From Candidatus Thorarchaeota archaeon (GTDB lineage: Archaea > Asgardarchaeota > Thorarchaeia > Thorarchaeales > Thorarchaeaceae): a stretch of 18,245 nucleotides of DNA. Made by a program: the position numbers and the translations under genes. The notes beneath the pieces were generated by a model. That model did not search any database and was not told the DNA's origin. It was given only the letters and a program-made list of their open reading frames with translations. The stretch lies in contig DXJO01000032.1 in assembly GCA_019057475.1 (NCBI GenBank), forward strand, positions 1-18,245, read 5' to 3'. Position 1 is the stretch's first letter; every line of letters starts with the position of its first letter. Below are positions 1 to 7,516 of the stretch, piece by piece.

Positions 1-2
1 AC

Positions 3-140
3 ACATACGACGAGCTCTTTCTCAGAAGGCTCCCTGTGCTAGCAGCCTTTGCTTTTCCGGTGGCGCTGTTGATACCAACCTTACCTTTGATCCTTGAGTA
101 TTGCGGCAGTGGAAAACGAATCCATTGGCTGTGGGACTAG
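3..140 (+). CDS. possible 3' end of a membrane protein entering from the left edge
   Basis: Frame 3 is open from the window edge to TAG at 138-140 and reads TYDELFLRRLPVLAAFAFPVALLIPTLPLILEYCGSGKRIHWLWD, with one hydrophobic stretch. No other support. Confidence 0.3.
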   Translation, partial: TYDELFLRRLPVLAAFAFPVALLIPTLPLILEYCGSGKRIHWLWD

Positions 141-276
141 CTCGAGGGAACCCTGGCTCCAGACTGTCGCTGAGGTGTTCAAGGGCTTCCTTCAGAAACG
201 GAAGGCTGAGCTGTTCAGGAGGCTGGGGATGACTGGCGACCATCAGGCCTTATAATGACTGAATTCAATACTGTTC

Positions 277-567
277 CTATAAGCCATCCGATCTCAGAAG
301 AACGTACGTGAAATTTGGCCAAGAGAGAACAACAAGTTGGCCATGGGCCTTGAGTCGCTCGTACTCTTCACGAGAAACTACAATAGGCATGACTATCACA
401 ATCCAAGGAGTAACAATCTGATGGTGCGGACTAGGTTCATCATTGAAGCGAGTTTCAATAATTCTCCGTCGAAGGGCAACTGAAGGATTGGGAGGATTTG
501 TTTCTTCATTTTCATTACCGTGAAGGTAAGTGAAGATGCCAGGGCCGGCAGGATCGTCACGGCTCAG
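277..567 (-). CDS. hypothetical protein (96 aa, CTG start; absent from the ORF track)
   Basis: Open minus-strand frame MSRDDPAGPGIFTYLHGNE...IVVSREEYERLKAHGQLVVLSWPNFTYVLLRSDGL*. The CTG is preceded by AGGGGT, with a TATAA element about 22 nt upstream. It fills an otherwise empty gap and is divergent from the 709+ cluster. Confidence 0.5.
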   Translation of the reverse strand: MSRDDPAGPGIFTYLHGNENEETNPPNPSVALRRRIIETRFNDEPSPHHQIVTPWIVIVMPIVVSREEYERLKAHGQLVVLSWPNFTYVLLRSDGL

Positions 568-612
568 TGAACCCCTGAATCCGCTAGGTTATATGGTTCT
601 AAGTATAGGTAC

Positions 613-691
613 TAACGTACTTACTAAAGTAACTAAGTGTTAGGTTACATGACTCTTAGGTATAGTCTTAGTAACGTACTTACTAAAGTAA
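613..691. repeat. two identical 20-bp direct repeats TAACGTACTTACTAAAGTAA (613-632, 672-691), each containing the palindrome TTACT-AA-AGTAA; probable operator sites
   Basis: Exact repeat seen in the sequence with a 59-bp period, in an AT-rich divergent intergenic region just upstream of an RHH-like gene. Confidence 0.85.
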
Positions 692-708
692 TGCACAAGA
701 AGAAAGTA

Positions 709-844
709 ATGAACTTGAAACGATTGAATATCGTGTTTGAAGACAAGGACTTCGAGATTCTTCAACAGGCCAAGGGAGGACACTTGGACAGAGGCCCTAG
801 TCAAGTGGGCCAAGATAGTGTTGAAGGATCGTGAGTCCAAATGA
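709..844 (+). pseudogene. frameshifted ribbon-helix-helix (CopG/antitoxin-like) DNA-binding protein
   Basis: Frame 1 gives MNLKRLNIVFEDKDFEILQQAKG (alternating beta-strand then helix). Frame 2 from ~776 gives EDTWTEALVKWAKIVLKDRESK*. Its stop at 842-844 overlaps the next ATG (ATGA). The break lies in AAGGGAGGAC. Confidence 0.6.
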
Positions 845-1077
845 CCTTGATAGATGTAGACAACATCCAACACCATGAGAATACAACTGTGGTACATCTC
901 ACTACAGTACAAGCCATCGAGTTCGCGGCAGCGATAGACGAGAACGTGAAGAATGTAAAGGACGATATCAAGGGGCTAATGCTCATGACGATTCGTTTTG
1001 GCCCTGCGATTCTCGTGGGTCTAAGGAGTAAGGAGGTATATTACTTCCCGAATCCGGAGGCATCCGACAATGAGTGA
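841..1077 (+). CDS. hypothetical protein (78 aa)
   Basis: ORF with natural composition. It overlaps the reconstructed upstream stop (ATGA) and the downstream ATG at 1070. Confidence 0.6.
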   Translation: MTLIDVDNIQHHENTTVVHLTTVQAIEFAAAIDENVKNVKDDIKGLMLMTIRFGPAILVGLRSKEVYYFPNPEASDNE

Positions 1078-1147
1078 TCCAGTCACAACGATAGTGACAA
1101 TAATTCTGCTGTGGGCCTCTGCGATTTTTGTACTGTACGCGTTCTAG
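1070..1147 (+). CDS. small single-TM peptide (25 aa; 37 codons if TAG 1145-1147 is a recent nonsense mutation)
   Basis: GGAGG at 1056-1060, 9 nt before the ATG. Sequence MSDPVTTIVTIILLWASAIFVLYAF*, continuing in frame as KHATKEDKSGD* to 1183. Confidence 0.5.
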   Translation: MSDPVTTIVTIILLWASAIFVLYAF

Positions 1148-1175
1148 AAACACGCGACCAAGGAGGACAAGTCCG

Positions 1176-1379
1176 GTGACTGAAGATAAAGCTGATGGCC
1201 TCCTAGATCTTCGACGAACATCTTGGACCCTACTACGAAGTGGAATGACAATGAGAAGAGGGTTTTGTGATGGTCCTTCTCCCACGACGATACATTTCCC
1301 GATTTTTTCCGAACTCCCTCATTGTCCCACATGTTCGCGGGCCCGAGTTCGTTCCCCTGCAATAGGTAAACAGAAATGA
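1176..1379 (+). CDS. hypothetical protein (67 aa, contains CPTC)
   Basis: AGGAGG at 1161-1166, 9 nt before GTG 1176. The stop overlaps the Nmad3 ATG (ATGA). The protein itself is not recognisable and may be decayed. Confidence 0.35.
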   Translation: MTEDKADGLLDLRRTSWTLLRSGMTMRRGFCDGPSPTTIHFPIFSELPHCPTCSRARVRSPAIGKQK

Positions 1380-2161
1380 AGGAAACAGCAATGAAACTAA
1401 ATGAGCTATTGGAAAGACAAGTGGCGATAATAAACGTTGGAATGTCAACTACTAGAGGAATTCCGGGCCCATTGTTCGAGGACGGTACATTCCGATATGT
1501 GCCAATAAGAGAGCGAAAGCCTGGCAATCTTACACCAAGATACAGGGATCTAGGACTGGCTGAATGGGTTCCTGACCCAGACGGCTTTGCTCACTACGAC
1601 CCTGAATTCGAAACCATGACCTTTGGGGACTACGAGTACCGGCCGAGAGTTGCGAATGCAAAGAAACTCCAGAGCGGGGATTTCCTATTTTTCTTTGCGT
1701 CACTCTCAACAATGGAGGATAGGAGAAGAAGGGGCACTACTGGCTTCTACCTGATAGGTTACTTTGAGATTGACCGAATCATTCCATACAACGAAGCCAA
1801 GAACTCTCCACTGACTAAGAATAACGCACACATAAGGAGAACTAGAGATTCAGAGTTCTCGATCTGGAAGGGAACGTCACGGTCTGCTTTTCTTGAGTTT
1901 GCAGTACCAATCGATAGAGAGTCCACAGACCTCTGGCTCAGAACGAGCAAGGGAAAGAGGCTGCCTTGGGGGTCGGTTGACAGGAGCGGTCGCCGACGCT
2001 CTGACCTAGAAGTGATTAACTCAGCTACACGTGCCAGCCGCTTGATACGCCCAGAACATCGATGGGCATTCTGGACGCTTGTCAACGCAAAGAATCCGGG
2101 GCTTCCCATATTTTCGTATAATAGTCCCTCCCATATCAAACAAGGCAACCAAGGTGATTGA
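1376..2161 (+). CDS. Nmad3-family (nucleotide modification associated domain 3) protein
   Basis: Motif series GPLFEDGTFRYVPI, HYDPEF, TFGD, GDFLFFFASL, GFYLIGYF and NNAH, in the order typical of Nmad3. The start may instead be ATG 1391. Confidence 0.8.
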   Translation: MKETAMKLNELLERQVAIINVGMSTTRGIPGPLFEDGTFRYVPIRERKPGNLTPRYRDLGLAEWVPDPDGFAHYDPEFETMTFGDYEYRPRVANAKKLQSGDFLFFFASLSTMEDRRRRGTTGFYLIGYFEIDRIIPYNEAKNSPLTKNNAHIRRTRDSEFSIWKGTSRSAFLEFAVPIDRESTDLWLRTSKGKRLPWGSVDRSGRRRSDLEVINSATRASRLIRPEHRWAFWTLVNAKNPGLPIFSYNSPSHIKQGNQGD

Positions 2162-2162
2162 A

Positions 2163-2807
2163 ATGGCAGAGATTGATGCACCTGTGAGACAACCACCACC
2201 GGACAAGAGAGGGCGCATAGCCACAGTATGTTCTCTCTGTGGCTGGGTCGTTATACTTGCCTTCTGTTGGGCCTATAGCACGGTGCAATATTTTCCTGAT
2301 GACATCTGGTTAGAAATTGCCTACGTGGTGACGTTGCTCGTTGCGGGATTCTTTATCGGCATATCAGTCGTTAAGATATGGAGGGCAGTCTTGAATCTCT
2401 ACAGACACTGGCGAGGCGATTCTTCGCGTTGCAAGGCGGGATACAAGAGTTCGCAATCGGCGACGATGTGAGGGGTGTTTGGATTTCTCCCCTTTACTGC
2501 TCTTGCCTGAAACCTGATAACGAATTTGGTAGTACAAACTCTCATCAGCATGGTCGGTCTCCTTTTCATAGACACCGCTTTAATCGCTGGAGCAGTGATG
2601 ATAGGACAGTATACGTGGCTTGATTTGATAATGCCACTTATCGCCCTAATGTTGGCAATAATGGTGGGTCTGGCTATCCTCTTTCCACAATCCGCCATCC
2701 TGATAGCTGCCCAATCTGCGATGATGAGCACCCCATTCGGATACTTCTTGTTAGCAATCAATATAGGAGTATATCTTGCTCAACTATACGTAGATTGGTT
2801 AGACTGA
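2163..2807 (+). pseudogene. multi-pass membrane protein interrupted by two in-frame TGA codons (2469-2471, 2508-2510)
   Basis: Track ORFs 2079..2471 and 2526..2807 share a frame, and the linker reads ATM*GVFGFLPFTALA*NLITNLVVQ as continuous hydrophobic sequence. GGTGA RBS before ATG 2163. Confidence 0.65.
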
Positions 2808-2830
2808 TAAGGCCATAAAAAAGGAACCAG

Positions 2831-3424
2831 ATGAATCATATGTCAGGAACCATCCCGTACACATCCTCGGGGAAAACAGAGCGATTGATAAGAAACGTAC
2901 ACGTAGCAGTTGGACTCGCAGCAATGCTGGTCCAGCTGCTCGTTCTTGATTTCGTGACATGGTTTCACACGACGGGGATGGCCTCGCCTATCTTCATTAT
3001 CATAATAGGCATCGTATACGGTTTCCTATCAAGTGCAGAGTCTGATGAGGAATACCTACGAAACATCGTTGAACCAAGAGTTGACAAAGTCACTGAAGAG
3101 AATCGTGGCCGCTTTCTCCAGTTCAGAAGAACTACTCGACATTTGGTACTAATGCTTGGCTATATTTATGCCGCAATATTCCAGTTGCTTTGGATATCGC
3201 TCACTAATATGGGCGGCGTAGCAATGCCGGCTCTGCTTGTAGTATTTCCAACGTTTGCAACTGTGGTGGCGATGGGACCAACACCATTCCTGGTAATTTT
3301 GAGAAAGACAAGATATCAAGACATCAAACACTTATTGGATGCTGAGCGCGAAGATCTGAGATTCCGACTGCGGACAGGGAACCTAGGTCAAACCACACAT
3401 TCCGCAGGCTATGGAGCAGCGTAA
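2831..3424 (+). CDS. hypothetical membrane protein (about 4 TM)
   Basis: 197-aa ORF with two pairs of hydrophobic helices separated by a charged loop. Confidence 0.75.
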   Translation: MNHMSGTIPYTSSGKTERLIRNVHVAVGLAAMLVQLLVLDFVTWFHTTGMASPIFIIIIGIVYGFLSSAESDEEYLRNIVEPRVDKVTEENRGRFLQFRRTTRHLVLMLGYIYAAIFQLLWISLTNMGGVAMPALLVVFPTFATVVAMGPTPFLVILRKTRYQDIKHLLDAEREDLRFRLRTGNLGQTTHSAGYGAA

Positions 3425-3480
3425 TTATCGAGAATGTACCACGCTGCTTGGCCAGGTCACCCTCTGCGTATTACAAGCAA

Positions 3481-3651
3481 TTATCTCGCATGTTCGGGGA
3501 TGTTCAATCGGCAAGAGAAGGCCGCTGCCTTCTTGAACAAGGTTTTGCGGAGATGACGGGGCATCCTCGCATCCAAATCTTTGTGGAGCTTTGTGACCAT
3601 CTTGCCGTTGGACGGCGTGCCCTCTGCCTGTTCGTTATTTCTTTGTGTCAT
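3481..3651 (-). CDS. possible small hypothetical protein (56 aa)
   Basis: ATG 3651 overlaps the end of the upstream minus-strand gene. Sequence MTQRNNEQAEGTPSNGKMVTKLHKDLDARMPRHLRKTLFKKAAAFSCRLNIPEHAR*. No family recognised. Confidence 0.3.
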   Translation of the reverse strand: MTQRNNEQAEGTPSNGKMVTKLHKDLDARMPRHLRKTLFKKAAAFSCRLNIPEHAR

Positions 3652-3985
3652 ACAAATCACGTCGTTCTAGGAGGAGGTATGACGCGATTAGCAGACCACC
3701 AAAGATGCACATAACGACCAATAGCGCCGTTTGGATGTATCTCGCCCACCGCTCGTTGAGCTTCTTTTTCTTCTTCGCTACCTCCAACCATAAGGACGCT
3801 GAAATAGCTAGAGAGCTAAACAAGTACCATGTCGTGACGAAAGCGGGTTGGTAACTATATGCGCCTGAGAGAGCATAGAGAGCGTATATGAACGAAAAGC
3901 AAGTCACTACTATCGCAGCTACAAGCATCATCTTTGCGCTAACAACGGTTTCTTCTTCGGTCATCGCAGCGACATCCCCTGTCAT
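3635..3985 (-). CDS. hypothetical membrane protein (about 3 TM)
   Basis: Three hydrophobic segments with a KKKKK loop. ATG 3985 lies 2 nt after the upstream stop; ATG 3964 is an alternative start. Confidence 0.7.
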   Translation of the reverse strand: MTGDVAAMTEEETVVSAKMMLVAAIVVTCFSFIYALYALSGAYSYQPAFVTTWYLFSSLAISASLWLEVAKKKKKLNERWARYIQTALLVVMCIFGGLLIASYLLLERRDLYDTKK

Positions 3986-3987
3986 AG

Positions 3988-4614
3988 CTAGAGTGGAGCC
4001 CCGCAGTTCGTACAATTCCGGTTGACCTGATCGTTCTTGCGGCCACAGTTAGGGCAGATGACCAAAATTACTTCCTGAATGCGCACTGGAGCTGCTCTTC
4101 GGCGATAGGCATACACTATGATGAGGATTGCCGCCACACCACCGACTCCCGCTACTGCTGCGACTACGGTCCCGAACGCCATCTGGTTCTCTCTCTCTGC
4201 GATTGCTTCGTGATTGTGACTCCCTTCAACGTGCTTGGATGTAAACCAAGAGTAGGTGTTGGAATATACAACGTACCATGTGTCATCATACGGAATCGTG
4301 TAGGTCCATGTGCGCCCTCCAGTCAGCTGATACTCCAAGGCTGCGGTGTAGGACTCAGACCCCGAAAATCTCCCATAGTTCTCGGAGTCAAAGACATAGA
4401 AGTTGATGTCGTTCGTTACTCCGCCCACGGTTGCAGTGGACGAGCCTGATACCACATCGTCTTGAGAGCAGACGAATCTGAAATGCTGGAACGTTCCCGC
4501 TGGAACCTCAATCTCGAAGTCTGTTGATTGAGCCCAGACTTGTGCTAGAAGGGCCATCGTCAGCATGAAAAGTGCCGCCCAGCAGACAACTACCGCCCTA
4601 TACGTCCTGTTCAT
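3988..4614 (-). CDS. type-I membrane protein: signal peptide, emp24/p24 GOLD-like domain, TM helix, C-terminal zinc ribbon
   Basis: N-terminal hydrophobic signal. IEVPAG..F, DINFYVFD and WYVVYSNTYSWFTSKHV resemble p24 GOLD motifs. The TM is followed by RRR, then CPNCG...CTNCG. Confidence 0.75.
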   Translation of the reverse strand: MNRTYRAVVVCWAALFMLTMALLAQVWAQSTDFEIEVPAGTFQHFRFVCSQDDVVSGSSTATVGGVTNDINFYVFDSENYGRFSGSESYTAALEYQLTGGRTWTYTIPYDDTWYVVYSNTYSWFTSKHVEGSHNHEAIAERENQMAFGTVVAAVAGVGGVAAILIIVYAYRRRAAPVRIQEVILVICPNCGRKNDQVNRNCTNCGAPL

Positions 4615-5089
4615 TGTAGCCCACCAAGCCAGCCCTTCATCACGCGGGACTCCGATTTCAGTATTCCGGTACTAAGACCAGAGTGACCACTCATTCAACC
4701 AAGCCTAGGTTTGGGGGGCGTTTTCAAGGCACAGAACATATCTGGTTCAAATGGGTCGCACAGTGAGGACAGTACGAAGCCCTCACCTGACTTGATGTGC
4801 GCACAGCACTCCTCAGCTCGGTTCCCTGTGCATGGGCTGTGAGCCCTGATTGCTTTCCAAAGAATAGTCGAGGTCAAATGGCGTAAGAGAAGAAGATAGC
4901 GCAAGACGAAGATTGTGCTCAACCCTGAAGAGAGAGAGCTTTGGCAGTGGGCAACAAAAAAGATTGACGATTAAGACTTCAGAGCGTAGGTCGCATCGAC
5001 CGCGCGGAGTTGAAAAAACAAAATGAATGAAACCGATAACGAAAGAAAATATGTGGGAGGATGAGCTAATCACAACCTCCCTTGATTGA

Positions 5090-6037
5090 TCACCAGAACT
5101 CCTCGGAAACAACTCTTGATCTAGATTCAAGGTCCCTGTAAAGCACTGCTGCAAAGACATAGTTAATTGCGCTGAAGAGGAGCGAACTGATGAGTACCGA
5201 AACGTACAACACGAGGGCTAGGTCATAGAAGACAAGAGGAACTAGCAGCCATCCAGGCACTAATGCGATGACTCCCACGGCAATGCCCAGTAGAATCTGG
5301 CCGCCGAAGATGTGCAAGAAGTTACCTGTTGTCAGCTCCCATGCCCTCTTCAGTGAATCGATTGCACCCAAGTCCTCAGCGATAACGACTGCGCTAGTAG
5401 GACTCAGTCGTATACCGAAGTAGAGAGCCACGATCAATCCAATCAAGATGAGAGGAAAGGCCATCATTATCATGTTTATGGCGTCCATTGAAGGGTAGTA
5501 GGGATCAAAGGCTGCCAAAGCACCAAAAAGGAAATACATACCAGGGGCCAACGCTCCGGTGACAATCAATGCAAGAAGGAATTGCGCTACAATCATAGTA
5601 GATAGCCTACTGAACGCAAACGAGAGGCTTGTTCCCACATCAGCTTGGTGAAAGCCATAGTCATCAAGTGCGAATTTGATGCCGCCTCCAGCAATCACAG
5701 CATTTACAACCATACCCACAATAGTTAGCACAATTGCGAGGATGATAAATCCAATACCCGTGACTATTTCGGAGGTGGCAAATCCAAGCAACGTCATGAT
5801 AATGTCTGCGCCTACGTAGACCAATAGGTCAAATCCAAGCACACCGTAAAGTGCGCAGAACACTGCGAGTTGAAGCAGATTGAAGGCCACTCCAAGAAGA
5901 CCGACAATCAGAATGTAGCTCGGTAGCTTCCGCACCCATACTTTCAACGTTCTCGTTACAAGGTCCAATGCACTCACTGTGAAATCCTGTTCAGGGGGTG
6001 CAGAGGGCTCAAGTCCTACTCCATCGTCAATTCCCAT
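5090..6037 (-). CDS. multi-pass membrane protein (glycerophosphodiester phosphodiesterase membrane-domain/YciC-like family)
   Basis: About 6 TM helices, with typical motifs AVVIAEDLGAIDSLKRAWELTTGNF and AVLYRDL. GGAGG RBS before ATG 6037 and TTATAA about 40 nt upstream, so the track start at 6130 is probably too long. Confidence 0.8.
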   Translation of the reverse strand: MGIDDGVGLEPSAPPEQDFTVSALDLVTRTLKVWVRKLPSYILIVGLLGVAFNLLQLAVFCALYGVLGFDLLVYVGADIIMTLLGFATSEIVTGIGFIILAIVLTIVGMVVNAVIAGGGIKFALDDYGFHQADVGTSLSFAFSRLSTMIVAQFLLALIVTGALAPGMYFLFGALAAFDPYYPSMDAINMIMMAFPLILIGLIVALYFGIRLSPTSAVVIAEDLGAIDSLKRAWELTTGNFLHIFGGQILLGIAVGVIALVPGWLLVPLVFYDLALVLYVSVLISSLLFSAINYVFAAVLYRDLESRSRVVSEEFW

Positions 6038-6130
6038 CAATAGTCCTCCTAGGTGATTTCGATATCGAGGTGTAATCTTATAATATCTCCGTACTGAATA
6101 GGGCAGATGGGCGGAGTACGCGACAAGCAA

Positions 6131-6385
6131 TCATGCAGGTTTCGGCCGGGCGTCGAAGATCTCCATGAATCTCATGCCTCCAGCCTTTTCAAGAAGTTCC
6201 TCGAAGGCAATGATGACCACTTTCGGAGTGATTTCTGTGCTCTTCTTCGTGATGGAGACGACCTCGTGAACCAATGAGGGGTGGTCTGAATTGACTGCAG
6301 CCTTTGGAGCTACATAGAGGTTTAGCACGTCCATGCTGTACGAATCATTCATGTCCTCCTTTGCCACCTCTATCTGGATGAGTTT
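6131..6385 (-). pseudogene. probable 3' remnant of a phenylacetate-CoA ligase (PaaK/F390 synthetase-like) gene, C-terminal domain only
   Basis: The in-frame extension gives IQIEVAKEDMNDSYSMDVLNLYVAP...ITPKVVII...GMRFMEIFDARP, which resembles the PaaK-like C-terminal domain. The frame is closed by TGA just upstream of 6403, and no adenylation domain is present. Confidence 0.4.
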
Positions 6386-6568
6386 GTGCGCTGTATCACG
6401 CTCTCAAAAGATAAGAGAATGAAGTGAGCGGGAAACAAGAGTCTCGCGATTGGTTTCAGGGCCAGAAGGAAGATTGAACTTTTTATGCCCTCTTATGCTC
6501 GTCCGGTTATCTGTAGACACAAACTCCTATCAAAAACAACGAGTTCTTATCCCCTGCTTGATGATTGA

Positions 6569-7480
6569 GATACAGACAACTTTTCCAGTGGTGAACAGAC
6601 TTATTCTACAACTCTTACGAGTCTTCGAGACTTCTACTACATGCACAAGGTGAAGCGCGTACAGGAGGTCCTAGAAATTAGTGGTCAGAATGAAACGAAC
6701 AGGTTGATCAATCTGTGCGAGAGAATATTGAAGATTCAGGGCACTTCCGTGTCAAGAGAGGAATTCGGGGTTGTTAGTTCTCCCAAGGGCACATTCTATG
6801 GTGATGTTACGTTATCAGACCTCTCGGGCAAGCAACTCAACTGCTCAGGTGCTGGAGAATACGGTTGGTTCATCTCCTCGAAGCCTTTTGATGTAAAAAT
6901 CCATGACATCAACATTGATGCTGCAATCTTCGTTGAGAAGGAAGCCATGGCAAGAAACCTTATCGAACTCAAACTGCCTGAAACTCTAAAGGTCGGGGTA
7001 GGTTCGCTATTTGGACAGCCAGGGAGGAACATGAGAGCATGGATTAGACGCCTCGCGGACAATGGTGTGCCAATCCTCGTACTTGTTGACATGTCTCCAT
7101 GGTCACTGCGCATTTTCTCCACAATCAAGAGCAACTCTATCGAGCTCTCAAACATCCGGGGTCTCGCAACCCCCTCTGCGAAGCTACTCGGTCTGACGAC
7201 AACAGATTTTTGGCGCAAGAACGGCATGCTAACTGCAATTGAGCACTCATTGGAAAACATGTCCAAGTCAGACCTGAAGTGCGCTCAACAGAACCGCAAG
7301 ATACCGGCAATCAATGAAGACCCAATCCTTCGAAGGGAGAACGAAGCACTCCTCAAGAAACGCAAGAAAGGAGAACTTGAAGCATTCAAGGCATTTGGAC
7401 TGCCTCTCACTAGTCTCAGGAAGCTCTACGTTGATTACATCAAGCGTAAGTCACGTGGCTTCAATGTGAAACTGATATAA
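6569..7480 (+). CDS. divergent DNA topoisomerase VI subunit A / Spo11-like protein, 5' end disrupted
   Basis: TSLRDFYY (catalytic Tyr motif) lies in frame immediately before track ATG 6641. Also present: REEFGVVSSPKG, FVEKEA (TOPRIM Glu), GQPGRNMR, LVDMSPW (DxD position) and KGELEA. There is an in-frame TGA at 6566-6568 and no standard start codon between it and the YY. Confidence 0.85.
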   Translation, partial: DTDNFSSGEQTYSTTLTSLRDFYYMHKVKRVQEVLEISGQNETNRLINLCERILKIQGTSVSREEFGVVSSPKGTFYGDVTLSDLSGKQLNCSGAGEYGWFISSKPFDVKIHDINIDAAIFVEKEAMARNLIELKLPETLKVGVGSLFGQPGRNMRAWIRRLADNGVPILVLVDMSPWSLRIFSTIKSNSIELSNIRGLATPSAKLLGLTTTDFWRKNGMLTAIEHSLENMSKSDLKCAQQNRKIPAINEDPILRRENEALLKKRKKGELEAFKAFGLPLTSLRKLYVDYIKRKSRGFNVKLI

Positions 7481-7516
7481 AGCTCGAATGCCACGGGGGG
7501 AGTGAGGAGAGCCTTC

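Noticed and set aside
94-255. Short plus-strand ORF (..PWLQTVAEVFKGFLQKRKAELFRRLG..) and track ORF 22..243 on the minus strand
   Set aside because: The two conflict, have no clear RBS or motif, and cannot be resolved at the window edge.
613-691. Mini CRISPR array
   Set aside because: Only two 20-bp copies, no typical repeat terminus, flanks partly similar to each other, and no cas genes.
1145-2510. Genome-wide stop-codon recoding (Pyl at TAG, Sec/Trp at TGA)
   Set aside because: Well-conserved genes in the window end properly at TAG (8188, 9241, 10579, 16867) and TGA (9742, 13328), so the standard code applies.
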